NCBI GenBank assembly: GCA_019058245.1
Contig: JAHPZJ010000020.1
Span: 32,001-96,000, forward strand
Length of the DNA stretch: 64,000 bases
DNA from: Promethearchaeota archaeon
GTDB taxonomy: Archaea; Asgardarchaeota; Lokiarchaeia; Sigyniarchaeales; SOKP01
Direction: 5' to 3'
Part shown: piece after piece, positions 49,932 to 60,062 of the stretch
Position numbering within the stretch: the first letter of the stretch is position 1
Layout of the letters: each line of letters begins with the position of its first letter
Notes under the pieces: generated by a model
The model's input: the letters and a program-made list of their open reading frames with translations, nothing else
What the model was told of the DNA's origin: nothing
The model's database searches: none
Position numbers and translations under genes: made by a program

Positions 49932-50311
49932 TTATTATCACCTGTTATGATATTTTTTATATTTTTAATACTTTCTTCAATTTCGATAAAAATTAACCCT
50001 AAATTTGTATCATTTTCAATTAAGGAAACATTAATCATTTTATCATCTATTCCTACGATTATTAACTTAAAATCCTGATAATCTACTGTCAGATTCTTGA
50101 TCTGGTTTTGTTCAAAACTTGATGTAACCGTTTCAATCGCTTCAAACATGGTTGCAGCTAGAGCTCCAATTTTTCTCTCATCAATATCTCTTGGTAAATT
50201 TGATGAGACTAATAAACCGTTTCGATGTACTATGGCATTACCTATAATTTCATTAAAATTTTTTAATCTCTCTAATTCTTTTGTGAGGTTTTTGATTATT
50301 AAGTTATTCAA
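49925..50311 (-). CDS. Roadblock/LC7-domain protein
   Basis: AIVHRNGLLVSSNLP..IDERKIGALAA and TNLGLIFIE motifs. Confidence 0.88.
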   Translation of the reverse strand: MNNLIIKNLTKELERLKNFNEIIGNAIVHRNGLLVSSNLPRDIDERKIGALAATMFEAIETVTSSFEQNQIKNLTVDYQDFKLIIVGIDDKMINVSLIENDTNLGLIFIEIEESIKNIKNIITGDNKS

Positions 50312-50428
50312 CTAAGTTCAAATTTAGATTATAATTTTCTTATCAATATGATAAAAATACAATTCAATATAAAAAAGTTGAAATTAGAAAATTAAACACT
50401 TTTGTTTATTACTTTAGAAGTGATATAC

Positions 50429-50629
50429 TTATCTATAAAAAGATTTCTTTCCATTAAAAGCACGGTATCTATTACGCCAACTTGGTTGTCGTAATTTTGC
50501 TGTATGCCCAAAACCACAACTAGCACAAAACTTTTTACGTCGATGATAAGAATGTTTCCCACATCTTCTACAAGTTTTATGAGATGATGCTTTATTTTTT
50601 TTTCCCTTACTTGGTGTACCCTTTCCCAT
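50429..50629 (-). CDS. rpl37e: 50S ribosomal protein L37e
   Basis: MGKGTPS.GK, H..CRRCG.HSYH..KK.CASCGFG. Confidence 0.97.
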   Translation of the reverse strand: MGKGTPSKGKKNKASSHKTCRRCGKHSYHRRKKFCASCGFGHTAKLRQPSWRNRYRAFNGKKSFYR

Positions 50630-50649
50630 TTTTAACTATCTCCTCTTAT

Positions 50650-50958
50650 TTATATATCTTCAAATTCTTCTCGATACATTAGTTTTTCTTCATCATTATG
50701 GGCAAATATAAGTTTTTCCCGATCTTGACCTATGAATATTATTGAGGCACCCCGAATCATAACAGTTCCTAAATCCTTACTCCTTTTCCCGCCTCGACCA
50801 AAATAAATTTCTTTTGCTTCTTCAACAATTAAATTCATGTAATTATCAAATTTAACTAACTTCCCTGTTAAGTATGTATTCCATATTTTTAATTTGATTC
50901 GAACTTTATCTTTTAAAATAGCTTTACTTAAAGTACGAGAAATCGCGGGTTGAGACAT
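50650..50958 (-). CDS. Sm/Lsm-family RNA-binding protein
   Basis: GKLVKFDNYMNLIVEEA (Sm1) and LGTVMIRG (Sm2); lies directly upstream of rpl37e as in many archaea. Confidence 0.88.
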   Translation of the reverse strand: MSQPAISRTLSKAILKDKVRIKLKIWNTYLTGKLVKFDNYMNLIVEEAKEIYFGRGGKRSKDLGTVMIRGASIIFIGQDREKLIFAHNDEEKLMYREEFEDI

Positions 50959-51090
50959 TGAAATAAAACATCTTAAAATAATTCTTAATATAAGGATTAA
51001 ATAGAAGGATTAAATAAATATTTTTTTAAATATTTAAGAATTTAGAAAAATAAGAGTTTTACATAAAAATTTATTTCACGTGGCATATAT

Positions 51091-52128
51091 ATGGTAAAAA
51101 TTGCTTATTTTGACGCTTGCATAGAAACTCCAGAAGAGATTTTGGTTGCTGCAGATATAACTCCTATTAGACTCTTTGGCAATCCAATGATTGGAATTGA
51201 CGAAGCAAATGAGCATATTCCTCCAAATCATTGTGTTTGGGCAAGAAATATTCTTCAGCAAGCATTAAAAGGACTTAGTCAAGATATTAAAGGTATTATT
51301 GCAACCCATGGATGCGATTGTACCAATCGTGAATTTGATATTTGGTTAGAGTCTGTAAATTTGGAATTTTTCTATTTCCTAAACGCTCCTTTAAAGCGAG
51401 ATAATGCAGCTTTAAAATTTTTTATGGATGATATTAAAGAATTAATCATTCAATTAGAGGATAAATTTAATGTGAATATAACTACCGAAAAAATTAATAG
51501 AGCTATAAAAGAAATGAACTATATTAGAGATTTACTAAGAGAAATCTCGAAATATAGAGAAAGAATGATTTTATCAAGTTCAATTTTTCATGATCTTGTT
51601 AAAAATGTGCAACAAATGGAAAAGGATAAAGCTAAAGAAATGTTAGAATCAAAACTTAATGAGTTAAAAACAACAAAATCATCTTTAGATAAAAAGATGA
51701 AAAAGATTCTATTGACAGGATCAGTAATAGATGATACAGAATTCATTAAATTTCTTGAAAACCTTAAATATCATATAATTATTGATGATCTCTGTATTGG
51801 AACAAAATACTTCTGGAATAATGTAGATGAGACAGATGATCCTATTAGAGCACTAGCGAAATATCATTTAAATAAACCAATATATTCAACTAAATTTCCA
51901 TCTTATGAACGATTCAAAACACTCAAAACCTTAGCTGAACAGTACAATGTTGATGGTATAATAAATATAGCTCAAAAGTTTTGTGAACCCGTTTTATATT
52001 CACATCCTTATTTTAGTAAAAAGTTTAGGGAATTAGGAATTCCCTATTTATTCGTTGAGATGGAATATAATCGTGAATCTTATAGACAATTAACAACCAG
52101 GTTTGAAGCATTCGCAGAAATGATTTAA
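51091..52128 (+). CDS. 2-hydroxyacyl-CoA dehydratase / benzoyl-CoA reductase family subunit (HgdB/BcrC-like)
   Basis: PEEIL.AA, HC.W, HGCD, DDLCIG, QKFCEP, TRFEAFAEM. Confidence 0.88.
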   Translation: MVKIAYFDACIETPEEILVAADITPIRLFGNPMIGIDEANEHIPPNHCVWARNILQQALKGLSQDIKGIIATHGCDCTNREFDIWLESVNLEFFYFLNAPLKRDNAALKFFMDDIKELIIQLEDKFNVNITTEKINRAIKEMNYIRDLLREISKYRERMILSSSIFHDLVKNVQQMEKDKAKEMLESKLNELKTTKSSLDKKMKKILLTGSVIDDTEFIKFLENLKYHIIIDDLCIGTKYFWNNVDETDDPIRALAKYHLNKPIYSTKFPSYERFKTLKTLAEQYNVDGIINIAQKFCEPVLYSHPYFSKKFRELGIPYLFVEMEYNRESYRQLTTRFEAFAEMI

Positions 52129-52143
52129 AGGAGGAAAAGAAAA

Positions 52144-53403
52144 ATGTCAAAAGTTAAAACTGATGGTAAGATGTTGAATGCTACAAATAAATTAAAGAAT
52201 GAAATGGGGAGACATTATTTAGCTATTGAACAAGCCTATAGAGAGGGTAAACCTACTGCATGGGCTACAGCAGGGACACCTGTGGAATTATTATATGCTA
52301 TGGACGTACAACCGATGTTACCTGAAAATTCAGCTACTGTTTCAGCTGCTTTGAGTAAATCTCAAAATTTTATCGAATTAGCGGAGGATGAAGGATTCTC
52401 TTATGATTTATGTTCATATTTTAAGACGAATGTTGGAGCTGTATTAAGTAATGCAGAGATGAATGTAGGTGGGACTAGAAAACCTACTTTTATGTTATCC
52501 AGTGATGTAATTTGTGATACCCATGTTAATTGGTTTCAAGTTCAAGCGGAAAGATTAAATGTTCCTCATTTTACCATTGATGTTCCACACGTTGTGAGTA
52601 ATACAACCAATCGACAGAGGGATTATTTCAAAAAATATATAGCAGAACAGCTTTGGGAATTGTTAGATTTTATAACTGAATTAACAGGTACGGAATACAA
52701 CCCAGAAAAAGGATATAAAATTGCACTCAATTCATATGAACTTGGAAAGATATGGCAAGATATTTATGAGTTAAGAAAAAATATCCCTTGTCCTGTTTCT
52801 ACCAGAGACACGTTTGGAGGTTTATTTCCACTATTCACTATGCCTGGTTTAAAATCTCCGATCAGATTATATAAAAAAATGTATGAAGAAGCGAAAGAAC
52901 GTGTTGATAATGGAATAGGGGCGCTAAAACAAGAAGATTTTAGATTAGCATTCATGGGAATTCCCTTTTGGTATAATCTTCGTTTTTTTTCAAATTTAGA
53001 AAAATGGAATGCTATTATAGTTTTTGAAACCTATGTTTATGCATTTAGTAAATTTGCTAATCCAAATATAACAAAGGAAATAGTGATCAATTATCCTATA
53101 GAAACGATGGCTGAATTAGCTTTAAGTTTTTGGTACATTTATGATCTGAAAACAAGATTCGAAAAACTTAAAGAAACAGTGAAGGATTGGAAAATAGATG
53201 GCATTATAATGCATGATAACCTTTCATGTCGTCCTAATGCCTGTGGAATGTATGATTTAAAACGAAAATTAATGGAAGAATCCGATATTCCTTCACTTGT
53301 TATAACAAGCGATATGAATGATCCACGTAAAATGAATGAGACTCAAGTACTCAATCAAATTGAAAGTTTTATGGAAATTCTCCGAAAAAGAAAAAAAAGA
53401 TGA
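52144..53403 (+). CDS. 2-hydroxyacyl-CoA dehydratase / benzoyl-CoA reductase family subunit (HgdA/BcrB-like)
   Basis: PENS, DLCSY, ICD, SCRP, DMNDPR, IESFME. Confidence 0.88.
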   Translation: MSKVKTDGKMLNATNKLKNEMGRHYLAIEQAYREGKPTAWATAGTPVELLYAMDVQPMLPENSATVSAALSKSQNFIELAEDEGFSYDLCSYFKTNVGAVLSNAEMNVGGTRKPTFMLSSDVICDTHVNWFQVQAERLNVPHFTIDVPHVVSNTTNRQRDYFKKYIAEQLWELLDFITELTGTEYNPEKGYKIALNSYELGKIWQDIYELRKNIPCPVSTRDTFGGLFPLFTMPGLKSPIRLYKKMYEEAKERVDNGIGALKQEDFRLAFMGIPFWYNLRFFSNLEKWNAIIVFETYVYAFSKFANPNITKEIVINYPIETMAELALSFWYIYDLKTRFEKLKETVKDWKIDGIIMHDNLSCRPNACGMYDLKRKLMEESDIPSLVITSDMNDPRKMNETQVLNQIESFMEILRKRKKR

Positions 53404-53407
53404 TTAT

Positions 53408-53752
53408 TCAATTAGCAATTTTTACGTGAGCATTAGGAGTAACTATTAAATAATTTTCACCAAGTCTTCCCATACTCCCCCCATTTTCTCTCAAAAATGA
53501 TTTTAATTCTTCTATACCTTTTTTAAGTTCTGAAAGATCAACAGTTTCAAGAATTTCCTTCGCATTTATAATCAATATTTTTCTCTTTAATAATTGGTTT
53601 TTAATATCTTCTATTTGATTAAGATTAGTAAAATCATATTTTCTTACTATAAAATTTTGAAGTAATGAAGAATATTCTTTAGAAAAACCCATTGTTTCTT
53701 GTGGTGTGCCTAAAAGCTCATAATCTTCCTTTTTTCCCCATAGTCTACCCAT
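53408..53752 (-). CDS. sepF: Cell division protein SepF (archaeal type)
   Basis: ILIINA...LKKGIEELK...GGSMGRLGENYLIVTP core; start likely MGRLWGKK at 53752 (amphipathic N-terminus). Confidence 0.75.
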   Translation of the reverse strand: MGRLWGKKEDYELLGTPQETMGFSKEYSSLLQNFIVRKYDFTNLNQIEDIKNQLLKRKILIINAKEILETVDLSELKKGIEELKSFLRENGGSMGRLGENYLIVTPNAHVKIAN

Positions 53753-53925
53753 ATATGCTACCACACATTTTTTATAATATTCGTCTAAAGTTCTTCTATC
53801 CTGTGTATAATTAATCTCTAAGAAACATAAATAGAAGAAATATTGGGATGTATATCGGGATAATACATAGAACACCTTGCATTTTAGGAAAAGTTTTTAT
53901 TATTATATTTACCATTTTTTTAAAT

Positions 53926-54462
53926 ATGGAATTAGTGAAAAATGATTTCATAGATTTTATAAAAAAAAGGAAAAGTATTAGGAGCTTTATTTATCAAAAA
54001 ATTGATAAACAAACAATAATTAATATTTTGGAATGTGCTCAATGGGCCCCATCTGGAAATAATAGCCAACCATGGCGAGTTTGTGTGGTAACCCATCCCA
54101 CTGTTAAAAGAATGCTTTCAGAGCTTTCTAAATATGGTGGTATTATTGAAGAAGCTTATGTTAATTTAGTTATATTTCTGGATCTTGAAAGGGGATATGA
54201 TAGAGTTAAAGATATACAAGCAATTGGAGCTTTTATGCAAAATATTCTTTTGGGTATATATGCACAGGAAGACTTAGGGGGCGTTTGGATTGGAGAAATT
54301 TTAAATCAGAAAGAAGAAGTTAATGAGATATTTAAATTTCCTACAGATAAGTTTGAATTGATGGGACTTATTGTTTTTGGACACATCGATGAAGCAAGAG
54401 AAAAAGCACACGCAAAAGAAAGGAATAGACGTCCTTTAGATGATTTTATTGATTGGTATTAA
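53926..54462 (+). CDS. Nitroreductase-family protein
   Basis: RKSIRSF, APSGNNSQPW, QNILL, LGGVWIG; ATG at 53926 preferred. Confidence 0.9.
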   Translation: MELVKNDFIDFIKKRKSIRSFIYQKIDKQTIINILECAQWAPSGNNSQPWRVCVVTHPTVKRMLSELSKYGGIIEEAYVNLVIFLDLERGYDRVKDIQAIGAFMQNILLGIYAQEDLGGVWIGEILNQKEEVNEIFKFPTDKFELMGLIVFGHIDEAREKAHAKERNRRPLDDFIDWY

Positions 54463-54483
54463 TTGTACATTTAAACGATAATT

Positions 54484-55842
54484 TTATTTCTCCTTCCTTG
54501 TTACTTTAATATCTATAGTTTCGCTAAGATAAGGATTTAGAAGCTTAATTCCTATTATAAAGAAAAGTATTAAAGACCATTCAACTATAATTGATATTAT
54601 AAAAGGCGCTTGAGGACTGATTGATTCCCACATAATTCCACCTATCAATGGGCCTATAATCATTCCGAGTGATTCAAAAAGGGTAATAAAGCCAAAAATC
54701 TTTCCACGATGTTTAATAGAGACCCGACTTAAAAAATTCACAAAAACGAAACTAACAGTTAGCATTATTGTATTATCAATGATAAGTAAAATAGCAAAAA
54801 TCCATAAATTTCCAGAATTTATAATTAACCATGTTACTACACCTCCTAAGAAACTTGCTATCGCAATAGTCAGAAAAGTATTCAATTTATCTGCTAATGT
54901 TCCCAATTTGGGAGCAAGTAAAGCACCGAGTAATGATGTTGGCAAGTAGAACCATGCCACTAATTCTGCATTTCTATTAATATTTTCAAGTACATAAGTC
55001 TGAATATATGGACGGTATAATCCAGAATTAATTGAGGATAAAAGAAATCCCGTGAATAATAAAAAAATTCCTAAAAAGTATAATAAATTTATTGGTTTTT
55101 TTGAAGATTTCTTAATGTTTTCTAATACAGGTTTAATTGTTCCATTAATTTCTTCCTGTGGATATTCAAATTTTTGATTTTCATCTACTTTTCTTGAAAA
55201 TTGAATACCCGCATAAATATTAGAGAATCCAAATAAAGGAATCGCTCCATAAATTAAAAAAGTATTATTTGGAGCTAAATAATTTGATAAGCTAAAAACT
55301 GAAAATCCAATTATTGTTCCAAGTAACATACCAATACCTAAAAAAAATCTCCTCTTTCCAAAAGCAGAAGATCGATGATATTTCGAAGATTTTTCTGAGA
55401 TTATAGCATCTAACGGAGGCCAGAAAATATAGGCTCCGAAACCTAAAAGAAACGCACTTATATACATACCTATTAGAGACTGTAAAATTATAGATATATA
55501 TAATACAAAATATGAAAAACCTCTTCCAAATGAACCAATCATAACTAAAATTCGCTTAGAAAAGCGATCTGTCAAATATCCAATGAAACTTGAACTAATT
55601 AATCCTCCAAATGTAATAGCCGAAAAGAATAGTCCTACATTATAAGCAGGATATCCTAAAACTAAATAAATATAATAATTCATTATAAACTCTATGAAAA
55701 AGAAACCAAGAGAATTCCATAAAACAATAAATATTACTGAGTTGAAATCTGAAGTGAATTTGTGATGATCTGGAACTATTAACTTTTTTCTTTTTTTCAA
55801 AATTAAACTCATAATATTAATAAGATAAATAGTCAATAGCAA
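54484..55842 (-). CDS. MFS transporter
   Basis: GYLTDRFSKR and GTLADK motifs; about 12 TM segments. Confidence 0.9.
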   Translation of the reverse strand: MLLTIYLINIMSLILKKRKKLIVPDHHKFTSDFNSVIFIVLWNSLGFFFIEFIMNYYIYLVLGYPAYNVGLFFSAITFGGLISSSFIGYLTDRFSKRILVMIGSFGRGFSYFVLYISIILQSLIGMYISAFLLGFGAYIFWPPLDAIISEKSSKYHRSSAFGKRRFFLGIGMLLGTIIGFSVFSLSNYLAPNNTFLIYGAIPLFGFSNIYAGIQFSRKVDENQKFEYPQEEINGTIKPVLENIKKSSKKPINLLYFLGIFLLFTGFLLSSINSGLYRPYIQTYVLENINRNAELVAWFYLPTSLLGALLAPKLGTLADKLNTFLTIAIASFLGGVVTWLIINSGNLWIFAILLIIDNTIMLTVSFVFVNFLSRVSIKHRGKIFGFITLFESLGMIIGPLIGGIMWESISPQAPFIISIIVEWSLILFFIIGIKLLNPYLSETIDIKVTRKEK

Positions 55843-56030
55843 AAAAAGCTTGTTAATAATCTGATCTTGTGATAAATTTATCTAATGCTATTTTTATTAT
55901 ATACTTCCTATTTTCTTCACTTCAAATGTTGGAAAAGCGTCCCACATATTCATTTACATATATTCTAACAATTATTTAGAAAATATCATAATAATAGGAT
56001 AATCTTATAATTAATAAAATAGTCTTTGTG

Positions 56031-56684
56031 TCATAACCAAAAGTGGATTATTGGTGAAAAAGTTTCTCCCAACCAATAGAAAAATCTTATCCAATAAATA
56101 TAAGTAAATCCTAAATATAAAAACGCATAAAGTATGGCAAAAATAAATCCGAAGATAACATCAATCGGGAAATGGACACCGAGTATTAATCTTGTAATTG
56201 CCATTAAAATATCCAATAGGATAAAAATAGATAGAATAACCCAAAAAAATTGAGAAAAATAATATGCAAAAACAAACCCAAAAAATAACAAAAATGTTAC
56301 ATGACCAGAGGGAAATGATTGTTTTTCGGATTCTTTCATTATGTACGGAATTCTGATGAAATCATCATGTTTTTTCACCCCATTTTCTTTAAGCGTAATG
56401 AATGGGCGGTTTCTCTTTATTATTTTGTAGCGAATAAGACTATGGATTATAACGCTTTGTTCAAAACCTCCTGTAAAGAATACTAATAAGTAATAATCTT
56501 TTGTAATATATCCATAAATAAACCAACTTAACCAAACAATCCCCCAAAAATATAATGAACCGAAAAAACCATACACAATAGCAAATTTTTTAGTTCTCCT
56601 ACTAAAATCACTTTCATAGACACTTAAAAAAGCTCTTTTATCCCAAGCTTCTAATTTTTCAAGATATTCTGATAAACTTGACAT
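56031..56684 (-). CDS. PAP2-family membrane phosphatase
   Basis: K...R.RP, SFPSGH, TRLILGVHFPIDV. Confidence 0.92.
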   Translation of the reverse strand: MSSLSEYLEKLEAWDKRAFLSVYESDFSRRTKKFAIVYGFFGSLYFWGIVWLSWFIYGYITKDYYLLVFFTGGFEQSVIIHSLIRYKIIKRNRPFITLKENGVKKHDDFIRIPYIMKESEKQSFPSGHVTFLLFFGFVFAYYFSQFFWVILSIFILLDILMAITRLILGVHFPIDVIFGFIFAILYAFLYLGFTYIYWIRFFYWLGETFSPIIHFWL

Positions 56685-57042
56685 TTTTAAATTGTTAATC
56701 TTATTTGAGGCAGGATTTAGATAAAGATCATAATTTGATATTTATAGTTTTTGCTACTCCTAATCTTATTGGAAGATTTTATTATTCATAATCTTATTAG
56801 TATTATTTTTAAAGTTAATGCGAATTTGAAAAACAATAAAAAGCAAATGAGTAATAGAAAGATCATTCATAAAATATCATAAGTCAATAAAATGCTGATT
56901 TTTTAATTTTAAAGATTTCATAATGTCTTTAGATATTCAACCGCTAGGTAGAATCAACAATACATATATATATGAGTATTTATTTAATAAAAATAAAGTT
57001 AATTCATCTTTCTAAAAATTTAATTATTTCAAGGTGATATTA

Positions 57043-57555
57043 ATGATTGAAAATTCTGGGTTTTCTGATGAAAATTTAAGAAAAATTGCCGCACAAAAAG
57101 TGAGTTATAGGTTTTCTGTTAAGATGCATGTTATTATTTATATTACAATTAACTTATTACTTATTCTAATAAATGTTCTTTATACACCTTTATTTTATTG
57201 GTTTATTTTTCCATTATTTTCGTGGTTAATAGGAGTTAGTATGCACGTTACAGGTTATATTTTATATGCACGAGGAGTTTATCCAATGGCTAAGCGAGGG
57301 GTGATTTTACATATTGTGTCCTTTATTTCTGTAATATTATTTTTATATATTATAAATATTTTTACTCTAGAGGGCCTTTATTGGGCGAATTTTCCTGCAA
57401 TTTTCTGGGGTATAGCTGTTATTATACATTTAGTTTTATATTTACAATTTTTTAGTAAAAAAGTTGAAAAAACCGGAAAACAATTATCAAAAAAAGAGCG
57501 AGCGATTGAAAAAGAATTAGAAAAGATGAGAAAAAAACAACGTAGAAATATTTAG
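57043..57555 (+). CDS. Tandem 2TM-domain membrane protein
   Basis: Duplicated H..I/Y...IN...YW..FP...W...H unit; GGTGA precedes ATG 57043. Confidence 0.78.
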   Translation: MIENSGFSDENLRKIAAQKVSYRFSVKMHVIIYITINLLLILINVLYTPLFYWFIFPLFSWLIGVSMHVTGYILYARGVYPMAKRGVILHIVSFISVILFLYIINIFTLEGLYWANFPAIFWGIAVIIHLVLYLQFFSKKVEKTGKQLSKKERAIEKELEKMRKKQRRNI

Positions 57556-57567
57556 ATTAGGTATAAA

Positions 57568-58185
57568 ATGTGGTTGGGCAAATTTCTGAATCTTGAGGAT
57601 GACATTGAAGAACTCAGTTCTTTGATAAAGAAAGAATTACTTAAAAGCCTTCAAAAGAATAAACTTACTCCACTTGAATTTACTATTATTGAGACTATTT
57701 TTAATAGTCAACAACTTTCAGGGTATGATTTAATTAAAAATTTGAATAGACATTTTGCAGGAACGTGGGAAGCACGTTCTGGAACAGTATACCCAATATT
57801 AAGAAAATTAGAAAAAGATGGATTTTTAAAAGCTAAGCAAGTAAAAAGTCCAATAGGACCTTTAAGAAAAGTATATTCTCTAACTGAAGTAGGAGAACAA
57901 TTATTAAAATATAAGGTAAATAAAAATTATTATGAACAACTCAAATTTGTTGAAAATTTTCTAGTTGAACTTTCTTCTATTTTTATACATTCTTTCCCGG
58001 ATCAAGAAAAAAGCAAAAAAATTATAGATATACAGCATGCTCTTGGTGAAACTTTTAAAAATGTTATGCAAAATATTCCTCCGACTTTAGATTTTAAAAT
58101 TATGTGTACTAAATGTGGATCTGAAATAGGTCGAGAAGTTGCTTACTGCCCAAACTGTGGAGAATCCTTATTCCAGGAGAATTAA
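57568..58185 (+). CDS. PadR-family regulator with C-terminal zinc ribbon
   Basis: SGYDLIK, SGTVYPIL.KLE, RKVYSLTE.G; CTKCG..CPNCG. Confidence 0.9.
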   Translation: MWLGKFLNLEDDIEELSSLIKKELLKSLQKNKLTPLEFTIIETIFNSQQLSGYDLIKNLNRHFAGTWEARSGTVYPILRKLEKDGFLKAKQVKSPIGPLRKVYSLTEVGEQLLKYKVNKNYYEQLKFVENFLVELSSIFIHSFPDQEKSKKIIDIQHALGETFKNVMQNIPPTLDFKIMCTKCGSEIGREVAYCPNCGESLFQEN

Positions 58186-58284
58186 GATGATAAGTAAGTA
58201 TAACTTTTTAAAAAAAATTTAAGTTCTATACATCTTATTATGATTTAATTAGTAATTAAGGATTTATCATAAATAGTGATTTTT

Positions 58285-59838
58285 TTGAAAGAGATTATTG
58301 AACCTCAAAAAAAAATTGAAGTAATGGATGAAGTAGACGTTATTGTGGTTGGTGCTGGACCAGCAGGTATAGGTGCCGCCATTGCTTCTGGAAGAAATGG
58401 CGCTAAAACTCTTTTAGTAGAAAGATTTGGAAGCATGGGAGGGTTACAAGTACAAGGAAATAATCCTATATTTTCTTTTGTCGATCCAGAGTTGCATGGT
58501 GGGATTATGCAAGAAATTCTTAGGCGCCTAAAGGAAGGTGGAGGTCTAAAAAATGTGGATGATGTTCCTAGAAGTGTGAAAAACAGGTTGAAAGATCTAA
58601 TAATTAAAGCTGTTGGGGTAGAGAATCTTCCTAAACGATTGGTTGAAACAGAAGTAGGTTATTGGGGAATTTGGGGCATTTGTTTTGATATGGAGCATTA
58701 CAAATTTCTTCTTGAAACCATGATGGAAGAGGCTGGTGTTAAGATCTTATATCATACTTTTGCGGCTGAGGTTATAAGGGAAGATAATTTACTTAAAGGA
58801 ATTTTCATTGAATCCAAGGAAGGAAGGAAAGCAATTTTAGCGAAAGTTATAATAGATACTTCAGGAGAAGGAGATATCATATGGAAATCAGGAGCAGCAA
58901 GCATGGGTGATCAGGGAATCCCCATTGGACGAAATAAGGGTAGAGCTGGAGGTTATTTAAATGCATTTTTCATTGGTGGAGTAGATATCGAAAAATTCAG
59001 AGCCTTTAAAAGAGAAAATCGTAAAGAATGGGGTCAAATGTATTCTGGCAAAAATCTGATTAAGAAAGCGAAAGAAGAAGGTGCTTACATTAGAGGTGAA
59101 GCTGTTGTTCTTTCTGAAATTCAAGATGTATATAATGCGGGACGGATATATGTAATGAATGCTATCCATAAAATTAAACCTGGTGCAAAGAGTTGGGAGG
59201 TTGAGGAGTTGACTAATTGCGAATTTGATCTTAGAAAGCAAGTATGGGCCGTCTATAAAATGCTTAAGGATAATGTACCGGGTTTTGAGAATTCTTATAT
59301 TGAAAGTACACCTAACCTGCCATGTACAGGGATTGGACATAAATTAATGGGTGATTATATCCTAACAGTAGGAGATATGCGTAAAGGTAAAGCATTTGAG
59401 GACTCTGTTGCAATAAATAATATGCCTCCGGATATCTATGAGGTAGTTGGGAGATTTGCTTATGATATCTTACCTCATGATGTTCCATATCGATGTTTAG
59501 TTTCTAAAGATATCGATAATCTTATGGCAGCAGGTACTACACTTTCATGCGGAACCTTTGCTGGTGGTGGATTAAGATATTGTACACCTAGTATATGTCA
59601 AGGTCAAGCTGCAGGTACAGCTGCTGCGCTAGCTGCAATTAATAATATAACTCCAAAAGAGTTGGACATTAAATTACTACAGGATACTCTTCGTAAACAA
59701 GGAGCACGAGTTACCATCAAAGATTTATCAGAAGAAGTCCTCGCGCCATATCATGCAATAAAAAAGATGAATATTGTATTTTCGAGGTCTGATGCTCCAG
59801 TAATGGGTGCTACTGAAGAGGAAATAGAAAAAAATTAA
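58285..59838 (+). CDS. FAD-dependent oxidoreductase (FAD_oxidored-type)
   Basis: DVIVVGAGPAG, IDTSGEGD, VPYRCL, GQAAGTAAA; TTG at 58285 follows GTGA. Confidence 0.88.
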   Translation: MKEIIEPQKKIEVMDEVDVIVVGAGPAGIGAAIASGRNGAKTLLVERFGSMGGLQVQGNNPIFSFVDPELHGGIMQEILRRLKEGGGLKNVDDVPRSVKNRLKDLIIKAVGVENLPKRLVETEVGYWGIWGICFDMEHYKFLLETMMEEAGVKILYHTFAAEVIREDNLLKGIFIESKEGRKAILAKVIIDTSGEGDIIWKSGAASMGDQGIPIGRNKGRAGGYLNAFFIGGVDIEKFRAFKRENRKEWGQMYSGKNLIKKAKEEGAYIRGEAVVLSEIQDVYNAGRIYVMNAIHKIKPGAKSWEVEELTNCEFDLRKQVWAVYKMLKDNVPGFENSYIESTPNLPCTGIGHKLMGDYILTVGDMRKGKAFEDSVAINNMPPDIYEVVGRFAYDILPHDVPYRCLVSKDIDNLMAAGTTLSCGTFAGGGLRYCTPSICQGQAAGTAAALAAINNITPKELDIKLLQDTLRKQGARVTIKDLSEEVLAPYHAIKKMNIVFSRSDAPVMGATEEEIEKN

Positions 59839-60062
59839 TTAAAAAGAAATTGAACCCCATATAGTTCTATTTATTTATTCATTTTTTTTTGCTATATCTT
59901 TCTTTTTTCTAAATTAGAGATTTGAATACTTGATTTATTAGTGTATCCTCTGTTTAAAGACTAATTAGAAAATTGCTTTAATATATCCAAAAATATAATA
60001 GCATAAGAACTATTATAAACTATATATTAAATAATCTTTTAATAGGGGATATAAAATAAACA

